From a virus: DNA of 64,000 nt. The stretch is from the UHGV virus genome UHGV-0098755. The stretch is one strand, 5' to 3'. The first letter of the stretch is position 1. Every line of letters begins with the position of its first letter. The position numbers were made by a program, and so were the translations under genes. Below, in pieces: positions 49,276 to 59,940 of the stretch. A model generated the notes under the pieces. That model was given only the letters and a program-made list of their open reading frames with translations, made no database searches and had not been told where the DNA came from.

Positions 49276-49725
49276 CTACACGCAAAAATCATAATCATAA
49301 TACTCAGAAGCATTACCTAAAATATTAATAAGTCCTTCAAGCACTTTATTACCATTCACAAAGAATAAGTCAAATACACGTTCTTCATCTTCTTCAGATT
49401 TATTACCAAGGTCAACTTCTATATCAAAGACCTTTTTAATGAATTCTGGATAAAGTTGGTCTGAGAACAGTCCTTCAACCAAGTATTCATAGATAAAAAG
49501 CGATTGCTCACTGAACGAAGCATTACCACAATAGTGCTCAATTTTAGTACTAGAATGTCGGCTTTTAAACTTCTTTAAAAGATATTGGAATTGTAAGATT
49601 TCATGCTCTTCTACGCCAAACAGTGTTTTGGTTTTATAGTTGTCACCATCATTTTCCCAGGTAGTGACATCAATTACGTAACCCTGCGGAATTGTAGTAC
49701 CCAAACAAATATTCATTTTCACCAC
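49276..49725 (-). CDS. Hypothetical protein
   Basis: 149-aa ORF. Confidence 0.45.
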   Translation of the reverse strand: MVKMNICLGTTIPQGYVIDVTTWENDGDNYKTKTLFGVEEHEILQFQYLLKKFKSRHSSTKIEHYCGNASFSEQSLFIYEYLVEGLFSDQLYPEFIKKVFDIEVDLGNKSEEDEERVFDLFFVNGNKVLEGLINILGNASEYYDYDFCV

Positions 49726-50015
49726 GCTGCATTAATGTAAGTATATTTAATACATTCAAGACCCAAAGGATTCTTGAAAATATCATATTCAAGAGGACCT
49801 TTTTCTGTTTCAATAAAGAAATCAAAATTTACTGTATTAAATTTACGGTCTTCCTTTACTAATTTAACTTGAGAAGATGAACGGTCAATGTAAACCTTTT
49901 CAACTTCAAAACATGTTAAAATGCCATAATCATCAATCAAGGCTTTAGCCGCATCTTGATCATATTTATATCCATTTTCAATGGATGATACTTTCGCATA
50001 AAGAATCACTATCAA
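49719..50015 (-). CDS. Hypothetical protein
   Basis: 98-aa ORF. Confidence 0.45.
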   Translation of the reverse strand: MIVILYAKVSSIENGYKYDQDAAKALIDDYGILTCFEVEKVYIDRSSSQVKLVKEDRKFNTVNFDFFIETEKGPLEYDIFKNPLGLECIKYTYINAAW

Positions 50016-50422
50016 CCTCTATCAACAATAGCATGAGTATGGGCATTTACAATTTGCCACCAATCGAAACGATTGGAACCATAATCTGGTTTATTTTCAT
50101 TTTCTTTAATGATATCACGCAGTTTATCTTCTGTTTCAGCATACGCAATTAAATCATCATATCCACCACAAGGATAATAATTATCACCCGCGAATAAAAG
50201 AAAATTTACCTTAGATGGATTTACGTAATAATGGTCTTTAGGATATTTAGTTCCTCTCCAATCAGTTACTTCAACATAACGATAAGAAAATCCATTTTTA
50301 CTTTCAATCCAACTCCACGCTTCAAAAGGAGTATTAAAAACTTTATCAGGTATTAAATTACCTTCAAAATGAGAAGGATTTGCATAATCCCCGGCATAAA
50401 CATAATATTCGTTAATACTCAT
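50012..50422 (-). CDS. Hypothetical protein
   Basis: 136-aa ORF, Tyr/Trp-rich. Confidence 0.45.
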   Translation of the reverse strand: MSINEYYVYAGDYANPSHFEGNLIPDKVFNTPFEAWSWIESKNGFSYRYVEVTDWRGTKYPKDHYYVNPSKVNFLLFAGDNYYPCGGYDDLIAYAETEDKLRDIIKENENKPDYGSNRFDWWQIVNAHTHAIVDRG

Positions 50423-50608
50423 TTATTCACCTTTAGAAATTTTATCCATAACGATAGCGATTAAACCAATTAAAAATGCTACTACAAGTGAAAACACATT
50501 TTCTGCTGTAGTTAATAATCCGCATATAAATCCAGCAAACATTGAAAAACTAAAAGCGGAAGCAGAAATTGCAATAGCAACATTTCGAATTAATTCACAA
50601 CGTTTCAT
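50423..50608 (-). CDS. Small membrane protein
   Basis: 61-aa ORF, two hydrophobic helices; own early promoter. Confidence 0.45.
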   Translation of the reverse strand: MKRCELIRNVAIAISASAFSFSMFAGFICGLLTTAENVFSLVVAFLIGLIAIVMDKISKGE

Positions 50609-50617
50609 TTTATTCTC

Positions 50618-50672
50618 CTCAGTAGTTGATAGGGTAATAATATCACTACCCCATCTAAAAGTAAACGGTTTA
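50618..50672 (-). promoter_or_regulatory. T4-type early promoter
   Basis: GTTTAC...GTGATATTATTACC. Confidence 0.65.
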
Positions 50673-50676
50673 TAAA

Positions 50677-50985
50677 CTATTTTATTCCGCGTGATGCAAT
50701 TGTGTTCTGCCGTTTAACGCCAGTTTGTTTAAAGTCATGATTGTCAATTTGATCGGTACGAGCAACTCCGAATGATGATTTGATCTTAGCTTTAGATCCT
50801 TTAGTTATAGAAATAAACATCTCGGAAGCCCCTTTCTTAAAGTCCGAGGCGATTACTTCAACGCCGTTCTTAGCAAGTGACTTCAGAATTGCCTCTGCAT
50901 ACTCATCGTCAAGACTCGTCTGAGTATTAATAACGAATGTCTTTGGCGCAGCCGCTTCATTGATAAATTCTTTAAATGTTTTCAT
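50677..50985 (-). CDS. Internal-protein-like small protein with capsid targeting sequence
   Basis: 102-aa ORF beginning MKTFKEFINEA; own early promoter. Confidence 0.6.
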   Translation of the reverse strand: MKTFKEFINEAAAPKTFVINTQTSLDDEYAEAILKSLAKNGVEVIASDFKKGASEMFISITKGSKAKIKSSFGVARTDQIDNHDFKQTGVKRQNTIASRGIK

Positions 50986-51007
50986 TTTATTTTCCTAATT
51001 AATTTTT

Positions 51008-51052
51008 GATGAGATAATAGTATCACAACCCTATTTAAAAGTAAACTCATTT
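51008..51052 (-). promoter_or_regulatory. T4-type early promoter
   Basis: GTTTACTTTTAAATAGGGTTGTGATACTATTATC. Confidence 0.65.
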
Positions 51053-51319
51053 TAAATAAATTGCGTATTTTTTATAACCCGCTGACTCATGACGAAGACC
51101 CTTATCATTAGCAAAACGCTCAATGTTGTTAATTTGATTCTGGTCAAGTTCAGAGATGTCAAACACGAAAAAATTACGTTTGTTACCAACTGTTACATAG
51201 TCAGTTAAATCAATATCATATAGGTAATTGATGTCAGCAATCAAAGTCTTGACAGCTTTGCTAATTTTTACTTTTTCGTTAAAAGCAGCTTCAGCAATAA
51301 ATTCTTGATACGTTTTCAT
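51047..51319 (-). CDS. Internal-protein-like small protein with capsid targeting sequence (ipI slot)
   Basis: 90-aa ORF beginning MKTYQEFIAEA, adjacent to 57B; own early promoter. Confidence 0.65.
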   Translation of the reverse strand: MKTYQEFIAEAAFNEKVKISKAVKTLIADINYLYDIDLTDYVTVGNKRNFFVFDISELDQNQINNIERFANDKGLRHESAGYKKYAIYLK

Positions 51320-51344
51320 TTTATTTTCCTAATTAATTTTGATG

Positions 51345-52088
<744 letters not shown>

Positions 52089-52089
<1 letters not shown>

Positions 52090-52814
52090 TATAGTACCTT
52101 TAGTGTATTTTTAATTTTAGAAAAAAGTTCTTCAAGAGAACCATCGTTTGTAATTACTAAATCGCCATCACGAATTGGCAATCCAGCTTCTGTAATATGT
52201 GTATCATTGGATTTTTGACCAGGACGAACTACATGAATTACTGTAGCACCCATCGCCCTAGCCGCATCCATTTCATGATCTTGACGAGTATCAGGAACGA
52301 TATAATAATCATAACCTGAGTTAAATTTATCAAGATAATCTAAAGCAAATAATTTTACCCAATACATGCGGTCGAAGTTATTAACAATCAAATCCGTACC
52401 TAGGGCTTGCATCAGACGACGGACTGACCATTGATCTTCAATATTATTTATAACGTCAGCAATCTTGTTAAATGCTACGAAAGTAACTGATTCCTTTCCT
52501 TCGTCATCAAAAACAAACACACCTTTAATTGGGCTTTTACTATTAAGATAGCAAAATGCTTGTTCCATAATCGTAATTACTTCTAATTTAGTCAGATTTA
52601 AATTAGTCTCACGATCATAGTCAATTCCTTCAAACTCTTTACGAGTTAAACAAGGATAGTCAGTGTTTGCTGCAAATACTCCCCATGCATAAGCCAATGC
52701 ATCTTTAATAGGACCAGCAAGTTGATATTTAACTGCAGAATAATTATTCATGATAAAATCTGCAGTAGTATCTTTTCCACTACGCTTTACACCACTTAAA
52801 AAGATTAGTTTCAT
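52089..52814 (-). CDS. 1: dNMP kinase gp1
   Basis: 241-aa ORF with P-loop SGVKRSGKDT; same length as T4 gp1. Confidence 0.93.
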
Positions 52815-52863
52815 ATGTTTCTCCTCAAATTTAGTTAAGATTATAACACATGAAACTGAAGCA

Positions 52864-53394
52864 TTAAACTTCTGCTATAATTTTACCATCTTTTTCTACT
52901 TGAAAATACGTATAAGGAATCGTTGCTGTACATACTAAAGCTGGGTCTGAATCTTCCGTGTAGCTAAATTCTACTTCAGACAGGTCAGAAACCCAAGGCT
53001 TATAAAAATTTATTGACATCACGATTTCAGTTTTACTGTTATCTAAAATGTAAAGCGTAATGTATTCAGGACCTGTTTTTTGGGCAGTATTTTCGCCTGT
53101 AAGATAGTTGCTAGTTCCTAGCATCCATTCATACATTCCTATCCACGACTTAAGTTCTTCATCAACTATAAATCTCACAATGAGTGGGTCGTACTCAAAT
53201 GTAACACCTGGACGTTGTGCTCGGCCTAGTCCAAACGGCCCAGTCACGGTATCAGTAACAGGTATCCTAATTCCCGGAATAGGAACTGACTGAGCATTTA
53301 AAGTAAAAGCGGATGTAGTATTACTATGCGGTATTGATACTACAAAGTTAGTTGTATTTGCTTGGTTAAAAATTTGTTGTAGTGCTTGCGACAT
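52864..53394 (-). CDS. 3: Tail sheath stabilizer/completion protein gp3
   Basis: ORF 52864..53475; start MSQALQQIF gives 176 aa as T4 gp3. Confidence 0.8.
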   Translation of the reverse strand: MSQALQQIFNQANTTNFVVSIPHSNTTSAFTLNAQSVPIPGIRIPVTDTVTGPFGLGRAQRPGVTFEYDPLIVRFIVDEELKSWIGMYEWMLGTSNYLTGENTAQKTGPEYITLYILDNSKTEIVMSINFYKPWVSDLSEVEFSYTEDSDPALVCTATIPYTYFQVEKDGKIIAEV

Positions 53395-53500
53395 ATATTC
53401 CTCATAATGCTTCATAAATGTTGGTGGTATAATGGGTCTAAGTCCCTTCCATTCAATTCCAATTAGAACAAACAATAGAAAAGAATGGAAGATAATAGAA

Positions 53501-54325
53501 TTAGATATTTGACCAGACTTTGTTTGCAGAGAAACGTTTTCCTTTTGAAACGAACTGCTGAAGTGGCATTAATACAACGTTCGCCCAGTCTTTCGGGGCG
53601 ATTTCAACAAGGTTACCCATAATATTACCAGGTATATATGCCTTAATCATTTGGTCTGCACCCCTAAATCCTTTCACTTGACTCCAATCAATTTTTAATT
53701 TCGTTTTATTAGTAATAGTAGGTGTATTTGAATATTGCTTTAAAAGCTCTTCTAGAAATTGCTGACGAGCTTTAGGTGGAATATAGTGCAAGTTCAATCC
53801 ATACATTAAATTATGTTTACCTAAACCAAGGTAGATTATCAAAGGAAATTTATCCCAGTAAGGAAGAGTTTCTTTGTGTTTAGCATCGTAAGCAAAAGCA
53901 TATATTCGTCCCGGCTGCGGGCGAACAACTTTATGTCCTTTTACTTGCTTAATAGTTTCAGCAAACCACTTTCTGGTTTTATTATTAATTGCTGCACCTT
54001 CATTACGAATTTTATCACGCAATGTTTGCCTGAATGAATTTATCATAAGCAGTTGTCTTTCTTGCTTATTGAGTTTATTCATTGGTTTTGATTCAAGCTT
54101 TTGAATCTTTTCAGCCGTTTTAATTCCTGAAGCATATTTTGACATTGCCGAAGTAAACGTAGAGTATTTGATTCCTCTTTCTTCAGCAAATTGCTTTCCT
54201 GACATTCCTTTTGCTTTGGCCTTTCTGTATTCAAGACCTATCTGAATCCATTTCTTTTCGTTTAATGATTGCTTAACCTTTGGAACTTGGGGAGTGCTTT
54301 CATTAATTATTTGAAAAATAGCCAT
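53501..54325 (-). CDS. 2: DNA end-protector protein gp2
   Basis: 274-aa ORF, T4 gp2 length and position. Confidence 0.88.
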   Translation of the reverse strand: MAIFQIINESTPQVPKVKQSLNEKKWIQIGLEYRKAKAKGMSGKQFAEERGIKYSTFTSAMSKYASGIKTAEKIQKLESKPMNKLNKQERQLLMINSFRQTLRDKIRNEGAAINNKTRKWFAETIKQVKGHKVVRPQPGRIYAFAYDAKHKETLPYWDKFPLIIYLGLGKHNLMYGLNLHYIPPKARQQFLEELLKQYSNTPTITNKTKLKIDWSQVKGFRGADQMIKAYIPGNIMGNLVEIAPKDWANVVLMPLQQFVSKGKRFSANKVWSNI

Positions 54326-54777
54326 TATGCCCCCTTAAAGCCAAGAGCTCTTAATCCATCTTCTGTTAGAATTCTAAATTTTATTCCACGCTTTTCAGCT
54401 AAAGCTTGAGCTGCTTTCCATTTGTCAGTATTAACGGAATATGTATAAATTTCATTCATAAATCTTTTCTTCGCTGCAGTTGTTAGATGTGCTGGTTTAA
54501 CTGGTGGTTGTGTTTCTTTTTTAGGCTTTATTTCAATAAAAAATTCTTGTCCAGAAGAATCTTTCATCCAAATATCCATGAAGTATCTACGTTTTTTCCC
54601 TTCTGCATTACAAAAATAAGGAATTACTGCTGTTTCACTACCCCATGCAATAATTTCTGGATTTTTATCTAACCATTCAAAAAAGAATTTTTCCCAATTT
54701 GATCTATACGTAATTTTTTTAGGGTCACCTCTATATTTTGATATATTTTTAGGAACCCATTTTCCAGAATATGCCAT
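54325..54777 (-). CDS. 4: Head completion protein gp4
   Basis: 150-aa ORF; late promoter upstream; T4 synteny. Confidence 0.88.
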   Translation of the reverse strand: MAYSGKWVPKNISKYRGDPKKITYRSNWEKFFFEWLDKNPEIIAWGSETAVIPYFCNAEGKKRRYFMDIWMKDSSGQEFFIEIKPKKETQPPVKPAHLTTAAKKRFMNEIYTYSVNTDKWKAAQALAEKRGIKFRILTEDGLRALGFKGA

Positions 54778-54788
54778 TGGATTCTCCT

Positions 54789-54812
54789 TATAAATAGATA
54801 ATATATTTATAA
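54789..54812. promoter_or_regulatory. Divergent late promoters: TATAAATA for gene 53 (plus) and gene 4 (minus)
   Basis: tataaata at 54789-54796 on plus; tatttata at 54805-54812 (TATAAATA on minus); located in the 47-bp gap between genes 4 and 53. Confidence 0.75.
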
Positions 54813-54824
54813 ACAGGAGGGCCC

Positions 54825-55415
54825 ATGCTCTTTACATTTTTTGATCCGATTGAATATGCGGCCAAAACGGTGAATAAAAACGCGCCGACTATTCCTATGA
54901 CAGATATTTTTAGAAACTATAAAGACTATTTTAAACGCGCTCTTGCGGGATACCGCTTACGTACTTATTATATTAAAGGTTCACCACGCCCGGAAGAATT
55001 AGCAAATGCTATATATGGAAATCCGCAGTTGTATTGGGTTTTATTGATGTGTAATGATAATTATGATCCGTATTATGGATGGATTACTTCGCAAGAAGCT
55101 GCTTATCAAGCATCTATACAAAAATACAAAAATGTAGGTGGAGACCAAATAGTATATCATGTGAATGAAAACGGTGAAAAATTTTATAATTTAATATCAT
55201 ACGATGATAATCCATATGTTTGGTATGACAAAGGCGATAAAGCTAGAAAATATCCTCAATATGAAGGAGCACTTGCTGCGGTAGATACGTATGAAGCTGC
55301 TGTTCTTGAAAATGAAAAACTTCGTCAAATAAAAATAATAGCAAAATCAGACATCAATTCATTTATGAACGACCTTATACGTATAATGGAGAAATCTTAT
55401 GGAAATGATAAGTAA
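54825..55415 (+). CDS. 53: Baseplate wedge protein gp53
   Basis: 196-aa ORF; late promoter TATAAATA 30 nt upstream; T4 synteny. Confidence 0.9.
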   Translation: MLFTFFDPIEYAAKTVNKNAPTIPMTDIFRNYKDYFKRALAGYRLRTYYIKGSPRPEELANAIYGNPQLYWVLLMCNDNYDPYYGWITSQEAAYQASIQKYKNVGGDQIVYHVNENGEKFYNLISYDDNPYVWYDKGDKARKYPQYEGALAAVDTYEAAVLENEKLRQIKIIAKSDINSFMNDLIRIMEKSYGNDK

Positions 55416-57126
55416 TAACCTTAATTGGTTTGTTGGTGTTGTTGAAGATAGAATGGACCCATTAAAATTAGGTCGTGTTCGTGTTCGTGTAGTTGGTCTG
55501 CATCCACCTCAAAGAGCACAAGGCGACGTAATGGGTATTCCAACCGATAAATTGCCATGGATGTCAGTTATTCAACCTATAACTTCTGCAGCAATGTCTG
55601 GAATTGGAGGTTCTGTTACAGGGCCAGTAGAAGGAACTAGAGTTTATGGTCATTTTTTAGACAAATGGAAAACTAACGGAATTGTCCTTGGCACTTATGG
55701 CGGAATAGTTCGCGAAAAGCCTAATAGACTTGAAGGATTTTCTGACCCGACTGGACAGTATCCTAGACGTCTAGGAAATGATACTAACGTATTAAACCAA
55801 GGCGGAGAAGTAGGATATGATTCGTCTTCTAATATTATTCAAGATAGTAATCTAGACACTGCGATAAATCCTGATGATAGACCGCTATCAGAGATTCCAA
55901 CTGATGATAATCCAAATATGTCAATGGCTGAAATGCTTCGCCGTGATGAAGGATTAAGACTAAAAGTTTATTGGGATACTGAAGGATATCCGACAATTGG
56001 TATTGGTCATCTTATCATGAAGCAGCCAGTTCGTGATATGGCCCAAATTAATAAAGTTTTATCAAAACAAGTTGGTCGTGAAATTACTGGAAATCCAGGT
56101 TCTATTACAATGGAAGAAGCGGTAACTTTATTTGAACGTGATTTGGCTGATATGCAACGTGACATTAAATCACATTCTAAAGTTGGCCCAGTTTGGCAGG
56201 CAGTTAATCGTTCTCGTCAAATGGCATTAGAAAATATGGCATTTCAGATGGGTGTTGGTGGTGTAGCTAAATTTAACACAATGTTAACTGCTATGTTAGC
56301 CGGAGATTGGGAAAAAGCATATAAAGCCGGTCGTGATTCATTGTGGTATCAACAAACAAAAGGCCGTGCATCCCGTGTTACCATGATTATTCTTACAGGG
56401 AATTTGGAATCATACGGTATTGAAGTGAAAACTCCAGCTAGGTCTTTATCAGCAATGGCTGCGACTGTAGCTAAATCTTCTGATCCAGCTGATCCTCCTA
56501 TTCCGAATGATTCGAGAATTTTATTCAAAGAACCTGTTTCTTCATATAAAGGTGAATATCCGTATGTTCACACAATGGAAACTGAAAGCGGTCATATTCA
56601 GGAATTTGATGATACCCCTGGGCAAGAACGATACAGATTAGTTCATCCAACTGGAACTTATGAAGAAGTATCACCGTCAGGAAGAAGAACAAGAAAAACT
56701 GTTGATAATTTGTATGATATAACCAACGCTGATGGTAATTTTTTGGTAGCTGGCGATAAAAAGACTAACGTCGGTGGATCAGAAATTTATTACAACATGG
56801 ATAATCGTCTTCACCAAATAGATGGAAGCAATACAATATTTGTACGTGGCGATGAAACTAAGACGGTTGAAGGTAATGGAACTATCCTAGTCAAAGGTAA
56901 TGTTACTATTGTAGTTGAAGGTAATGCTGACATTACAGTTAAAGGAGATGCTACCACTTTAGTTGAAGGTAATCAAACTAATACAGTAAATGGAAATCTT
57001 TCTTGGAAAGTTGCTGGGACAGTTGATTGGGACGTTGGTGGTGATTGGACAGAAAAAATGGCATCTATGAGTTCTATTTCATCTGGTCAATACACAATTG
57101 ATGGATCGAGGATTGACATTGGCTAA
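55399..57126 (+). CDS. 5: Baseplate hub and tail lysozyme gp5
   Basis: 575-aa ORF; internal lysozyme domain (LRRDEGLRLKVYWDTEGYPTIGIGHL) and C-terminal beta-helix VxGxxxxx repeats. Confidence 0.95.
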   Translation: MEMISNNLNWFVGVVEDRMDPLKLGRVRVRVVGLHPPQRAQGDVMGIPTDKLPWMSVIQPITSAAMSGIGGSVTGPVEGTRVYGHFLDKWKTNGIVLGTYGGIVREKPNRLEGFSDPTGQYPRRLGNDTNVLNQGGEVGYDSSSNIIQDSNLDTAINPDDRPLSEIPTDDNPNMSMAEMLRRDEGLRLKVYWDTEGYPTIGIGHLIMKQPVRDMAQINKVLSKQVGREITGNPGSITMEEAVTLFERDLADMQRDIKSHSKVGPVWQAVNRSRQMALENMAFQMGVGGVAKFNTMLTAMLAGDWEKAYKAGRDSLWYQQTKGRASRVTMIILTGNLESYGIEVKTPARSLSAMAATVAKSSDPADPPIPNDSRILFKEPVSSYKGEYPYVHTMETESGHIQEFDDTPGQERYRLVHPTGTYEEVSPSGRRTRKTVDNLYDITNADGNFLVAGDKKTNVGGSEIYYNMDNRLHQIDGSNTIFVRGDETKTVEGNGTILVKGNVTIVVEGNADITVKGDATTLVEGNQTNTVNGNLSWKVAGTVDWDVGGDWTEKMASMSSISSGQYTIDGSRIDIG

Positions 57127-57655
57127 TATACTTCCAATGAGCGCTGATTTAGGAGAATCCATGGAAGGTTCTTCTATCGACGTCACCTTTACCGCTCAAT
57201 TAGAAACAGGTGAAACGTTAGTATCTATAAATATAACTAGTTACGAAGAAACTCCTGGGGTTTTAGTAGAAGAAAATCGTTTATATGGAACGTATGAATC
57301 TGTATTTGGATTTGGAAATGATGCATTGAAATATCGTTTAGATAATGAATTTAAAACCGCTGCTTCATGGGAAGACCTTCCAACTGATTCTAATACTCAG
57401 TTATATCTATGGAAAGCTCCTCAAAACCTCCAGAAGACATTCACTTACGAAGTAACATTAATATATGACTACCAAGAACAAAGTGAATCTGGAGGTTCTG
57501 GCAGTAATTCTAGGTCATCTTCTGATACTACTGAACCAACGAATCCTCCAGCTCCAATAAGAAAAACTCTTGTTAAAAATTACACAAAAACTATAGTTGG
57601 AAATTGGAGTCGTTGGGCTAATAAATTGAGAAGCTATGTGTATGAGAGGCCATAA
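57098..57655 (+). CDS. Hypothetical protein (gp5.1 slot)
   Basis: 185-aa ORF between genes 5 and 5.4. Confidence 0.55.
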   Translation: MMDRGLTLANILPMSADLGESMEGSSIDVTFTAQLETGETLVSINITSYEETPGVLVEENRLYGTYESVFGFGNDALKYRLDNEFKTAASWEDLPTDSNTQLYLWKAPQNLQKTFTYEVTLIYDYQEQSESGGSGSNSRSSSDTTEPTNPPAPIRKTLVKNYTKTIVGNWSRWANKLRSYVYERP

Positions 57656-57949
57656 ATGTCAGGATTAAGTTATGATAAGTGTGTTACTGCTGGCCATGAA
57701 GCATGGCCTCCAACAGTTGTGAATTCTACACAAAGTAAAGTATTCACTGGAGGAATTGCTGTTCTCGTAGCAGGTGATCCAATTACAGAACATACAGAAA
57801 TTAAAAAGCCATATGAAACACATGGCGGAGTGACACAACCTAGAACTTCTAAGGTATATGTCACTGGAAAGAAAGCTGTTCAAATGGCTGATCCAATATC
57901 ATGCGGTGATACTGTGGCTCAGGCATCATCTAAAGTATTCATTAAATAG
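57656..57949 (+). CDS. 5.4: PAAR-repeat spike tip protein gp5.4
   Basis: 97-aa ORF, same length as T4 gp5.4; PAAR-like motifs. Confidence 0.8.
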   Translation: MSGLSYDKCVTAGHEAWPPTVVNSTQSKVFTGGIAVLVAGDPITEHTEIKKPYETHGGVTQPRTSKVYVTGKKAVQMADPISCGDTVAQASSKVFIK

Positions 57950-57957
57950 GATTTAAA

Positions 57958-59940
57958 ATGGCAAATACCCCTGTAAATTATCAATTAACAAGAACAGCAA
58001 ATGCTATTCCCGAGATATTCGTCGGGGGTACATTTGCTGAAATAAAACAAAACCTCATTGAATGGCTTAATGGCCAAAATGAATTTTTGGATTATGATTT
58101 TGAAGGCTCAAGATTAAACGTTCTGTGTGACCTTTTGGCTTATAATACGCTGTACATTCAGCAGTTTGGTAATGCTGCTGTGTATGAAAGCTTTATGCGT
58201 ACTGCTAACTTACGAAGTTCAGTTGTTCAAGCTGCGCAAGATAACGGATATTTACCTACTTCAAAATCCGCTGCGCAGACCGAAATTATGTTAACATGCA
58301 CCGACGCATTGAATAGGAATTACATTACTATTCCTCGCGGTACTCGCTTTTTAGCATATGCAAAAGATACTTCTGTTAATCCATATAACTTCGTTTCTAC
58401 CGAAGACGTTATTGCTATTCGTGATAAAAATAACCAATATTTTCCACGTTTAAAATTAGCTCAGGGACGTATAGTAAGAACTGAAATCATTTATGATAAA
58501 TTAACACCTATTATCATTTATGATAAAAATATTGATAGAAACCAGGTTAAATTGTATGTTGATGGAGCGGAATGGATTAACTGGACGAGAAAGTCAATGG
58601 TTCATGCTGGTTCAACATCAACGATTTACTATATGCGTGAAACTATTGATGGAAACACTGAATTTTATTTTGGCGAAGGTGAAATTTCTGTTAATGCTTC
58701 TGAAGGAGCTTTGACCGCTAATTATATCGGAGGTCTTAAACCTACTCAGAACTCTACGATTGTTATTGAGTACATCAGTACTAATGGTGCTGACGCGAAC
58801 GGAGCAGTCGGATTTTCATATGCAGATACATTAACAAATATAACTGTCATCAATATTAATGAAAATCCAAACGATGACCCAGATTTTGTTGGGGCAGATG
58901 GCGGCGGTGATCCAGAAGATATTGAGCGTATTCGCGAATTGGGTACTATTAAACGCGAAACCCAGCAACGCTGCGTAACTGCAACTGACTATGATACATT
59001 CGTTTCAGAAAGATTTGGTTCTATTATTCAAGCAGTTCAAACTTTCACTGATTCTACTAAACCTGGGTATGCATTTATTGCTGCTAAACCTAAATCAGGG
59101 TTGTATTTAACTACTGTACAACGCGAAGATATTAAAAATTATCTCAAAGACTATAATTTAGCTCCTATTACGCCATCAATTATTTCTCCTAATTATCTTT
59201 TTATTAAGACTAATTTAAAAGTCACATATGCTTTAAATAAGCTGCAAGAATCTGAACAGTGGCTTGAAGGTCAAATAATTGATAAAATTGACCGCTATTA
59301 TACTGAAGATGTAGAAATTTTTAACTCATCTTTCGCTAAATCTAAGATGTTGACATATGTAGATGATGCAGATCATTCTATCATTGGTTCATCAGCGACA
59401 ATTCAAATTGTTCGTGAAGTACAAAACTTCTATAAAACGCCTGAAGCAGGTATTAAATACAATAATCAAATAAAAGATCGTTCTATGGAATCTAATACGT
59501 TTTCATTTAATTCTGGACGAAAGGTTGTAAATCCTGATACTGGTTTAGAAGAAGATGTATTATATGACGTTCGTATAGTATCAACAGACCGAGATTCTAA
59601 AGGAATTGGTAAAGTTATTATTGGTCCATTTGCTTCTGGCGATGTTACAGAAAATGAAAACATTCAGCCATATACAGGCAACGATTTTAACAAATTAGCA
59701 AATTCTGATGGACGCGACAAATACTATGTTATCGGTGAAATAAATTATCCAGCTGATGTGATTTACTGGAATATCGCTAAAATTAATTTAACATCTGAAA
59801 AATTTGAAGTTCAGACTATTGAATTATATTCTGACCCAACAGATGATGTTATCTTTACTCGCGATGGTTCACTGATTGTATTTGAAAATGACTTACGTCC
59901 ACAATACTTAACTATCGATTTGGAGCCTATATCACAATGA
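57958..59940 (+). CDS. 6: Baseplate wedge protein gp6
   Basis: 660-aa ORF, T4 gp6 length and position. Confidence 0.93.
   Translation: MANTPVNYQLTRTANAIPEIFVGGTFAEIKQNLIEWLNGQNEFLDYDFEGSRLNVLCDLLAYNTLYIQQFGNAAVYESFMRTANLRSSVVQAAQDNGYLPTSKSAAQTEIMLTCTDALNRNYITIPRGTRFLAYAKDTSVNPYNFVSTEDVIAIRDKNNQYFPRLKLAQGRIVRTEIIYDKLTPIIIYDKNIDRNQVKLYVDGAEWINWTRKSMVHAGSTSTIYYMRETIDGNTEFYFGEGEISVNASEGALTANYIGGLKPTQNSTIVIEYISTNGADANGAVGFSYADTLTNITVININENPNDDPDFVGADGGGDPEDIERIRELGTIKRETQQRCVTATDYDTFVSERFGSIIQAVQTFTDSTKPGYAFIAAKPKSGLYLTTVQREDIKNYLKDYNLAPITPSIISPNYLFIKTNLKVTYALNKLQESEQWLEGQIIDKIDRYYTEDVEIFNSSFAKSKMLTYVDDADHSIIGSSATIQIVREVQNFYKTPEAGIKYNNQIKDRSMESNTFSFNSGRKVVNPDTGLEEDVLYDVRIVSTDRDSKGIGKVIIGPFASGDVTENENIQPYTGNDFNKLANSDGRDKYYVIGEINYPADVIYWNIAKINLTSEKFEVQTIELYSDPTDDVIFTRDGSLIVFENDLRPQYLTIDLEPISQ

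Noticed and set aside
57665-57883. Minus-strand ORFs inside gene 5.4
   Set aside because: Antisense to a late-gene block transcribed on the plus strand; shadow ORFs.
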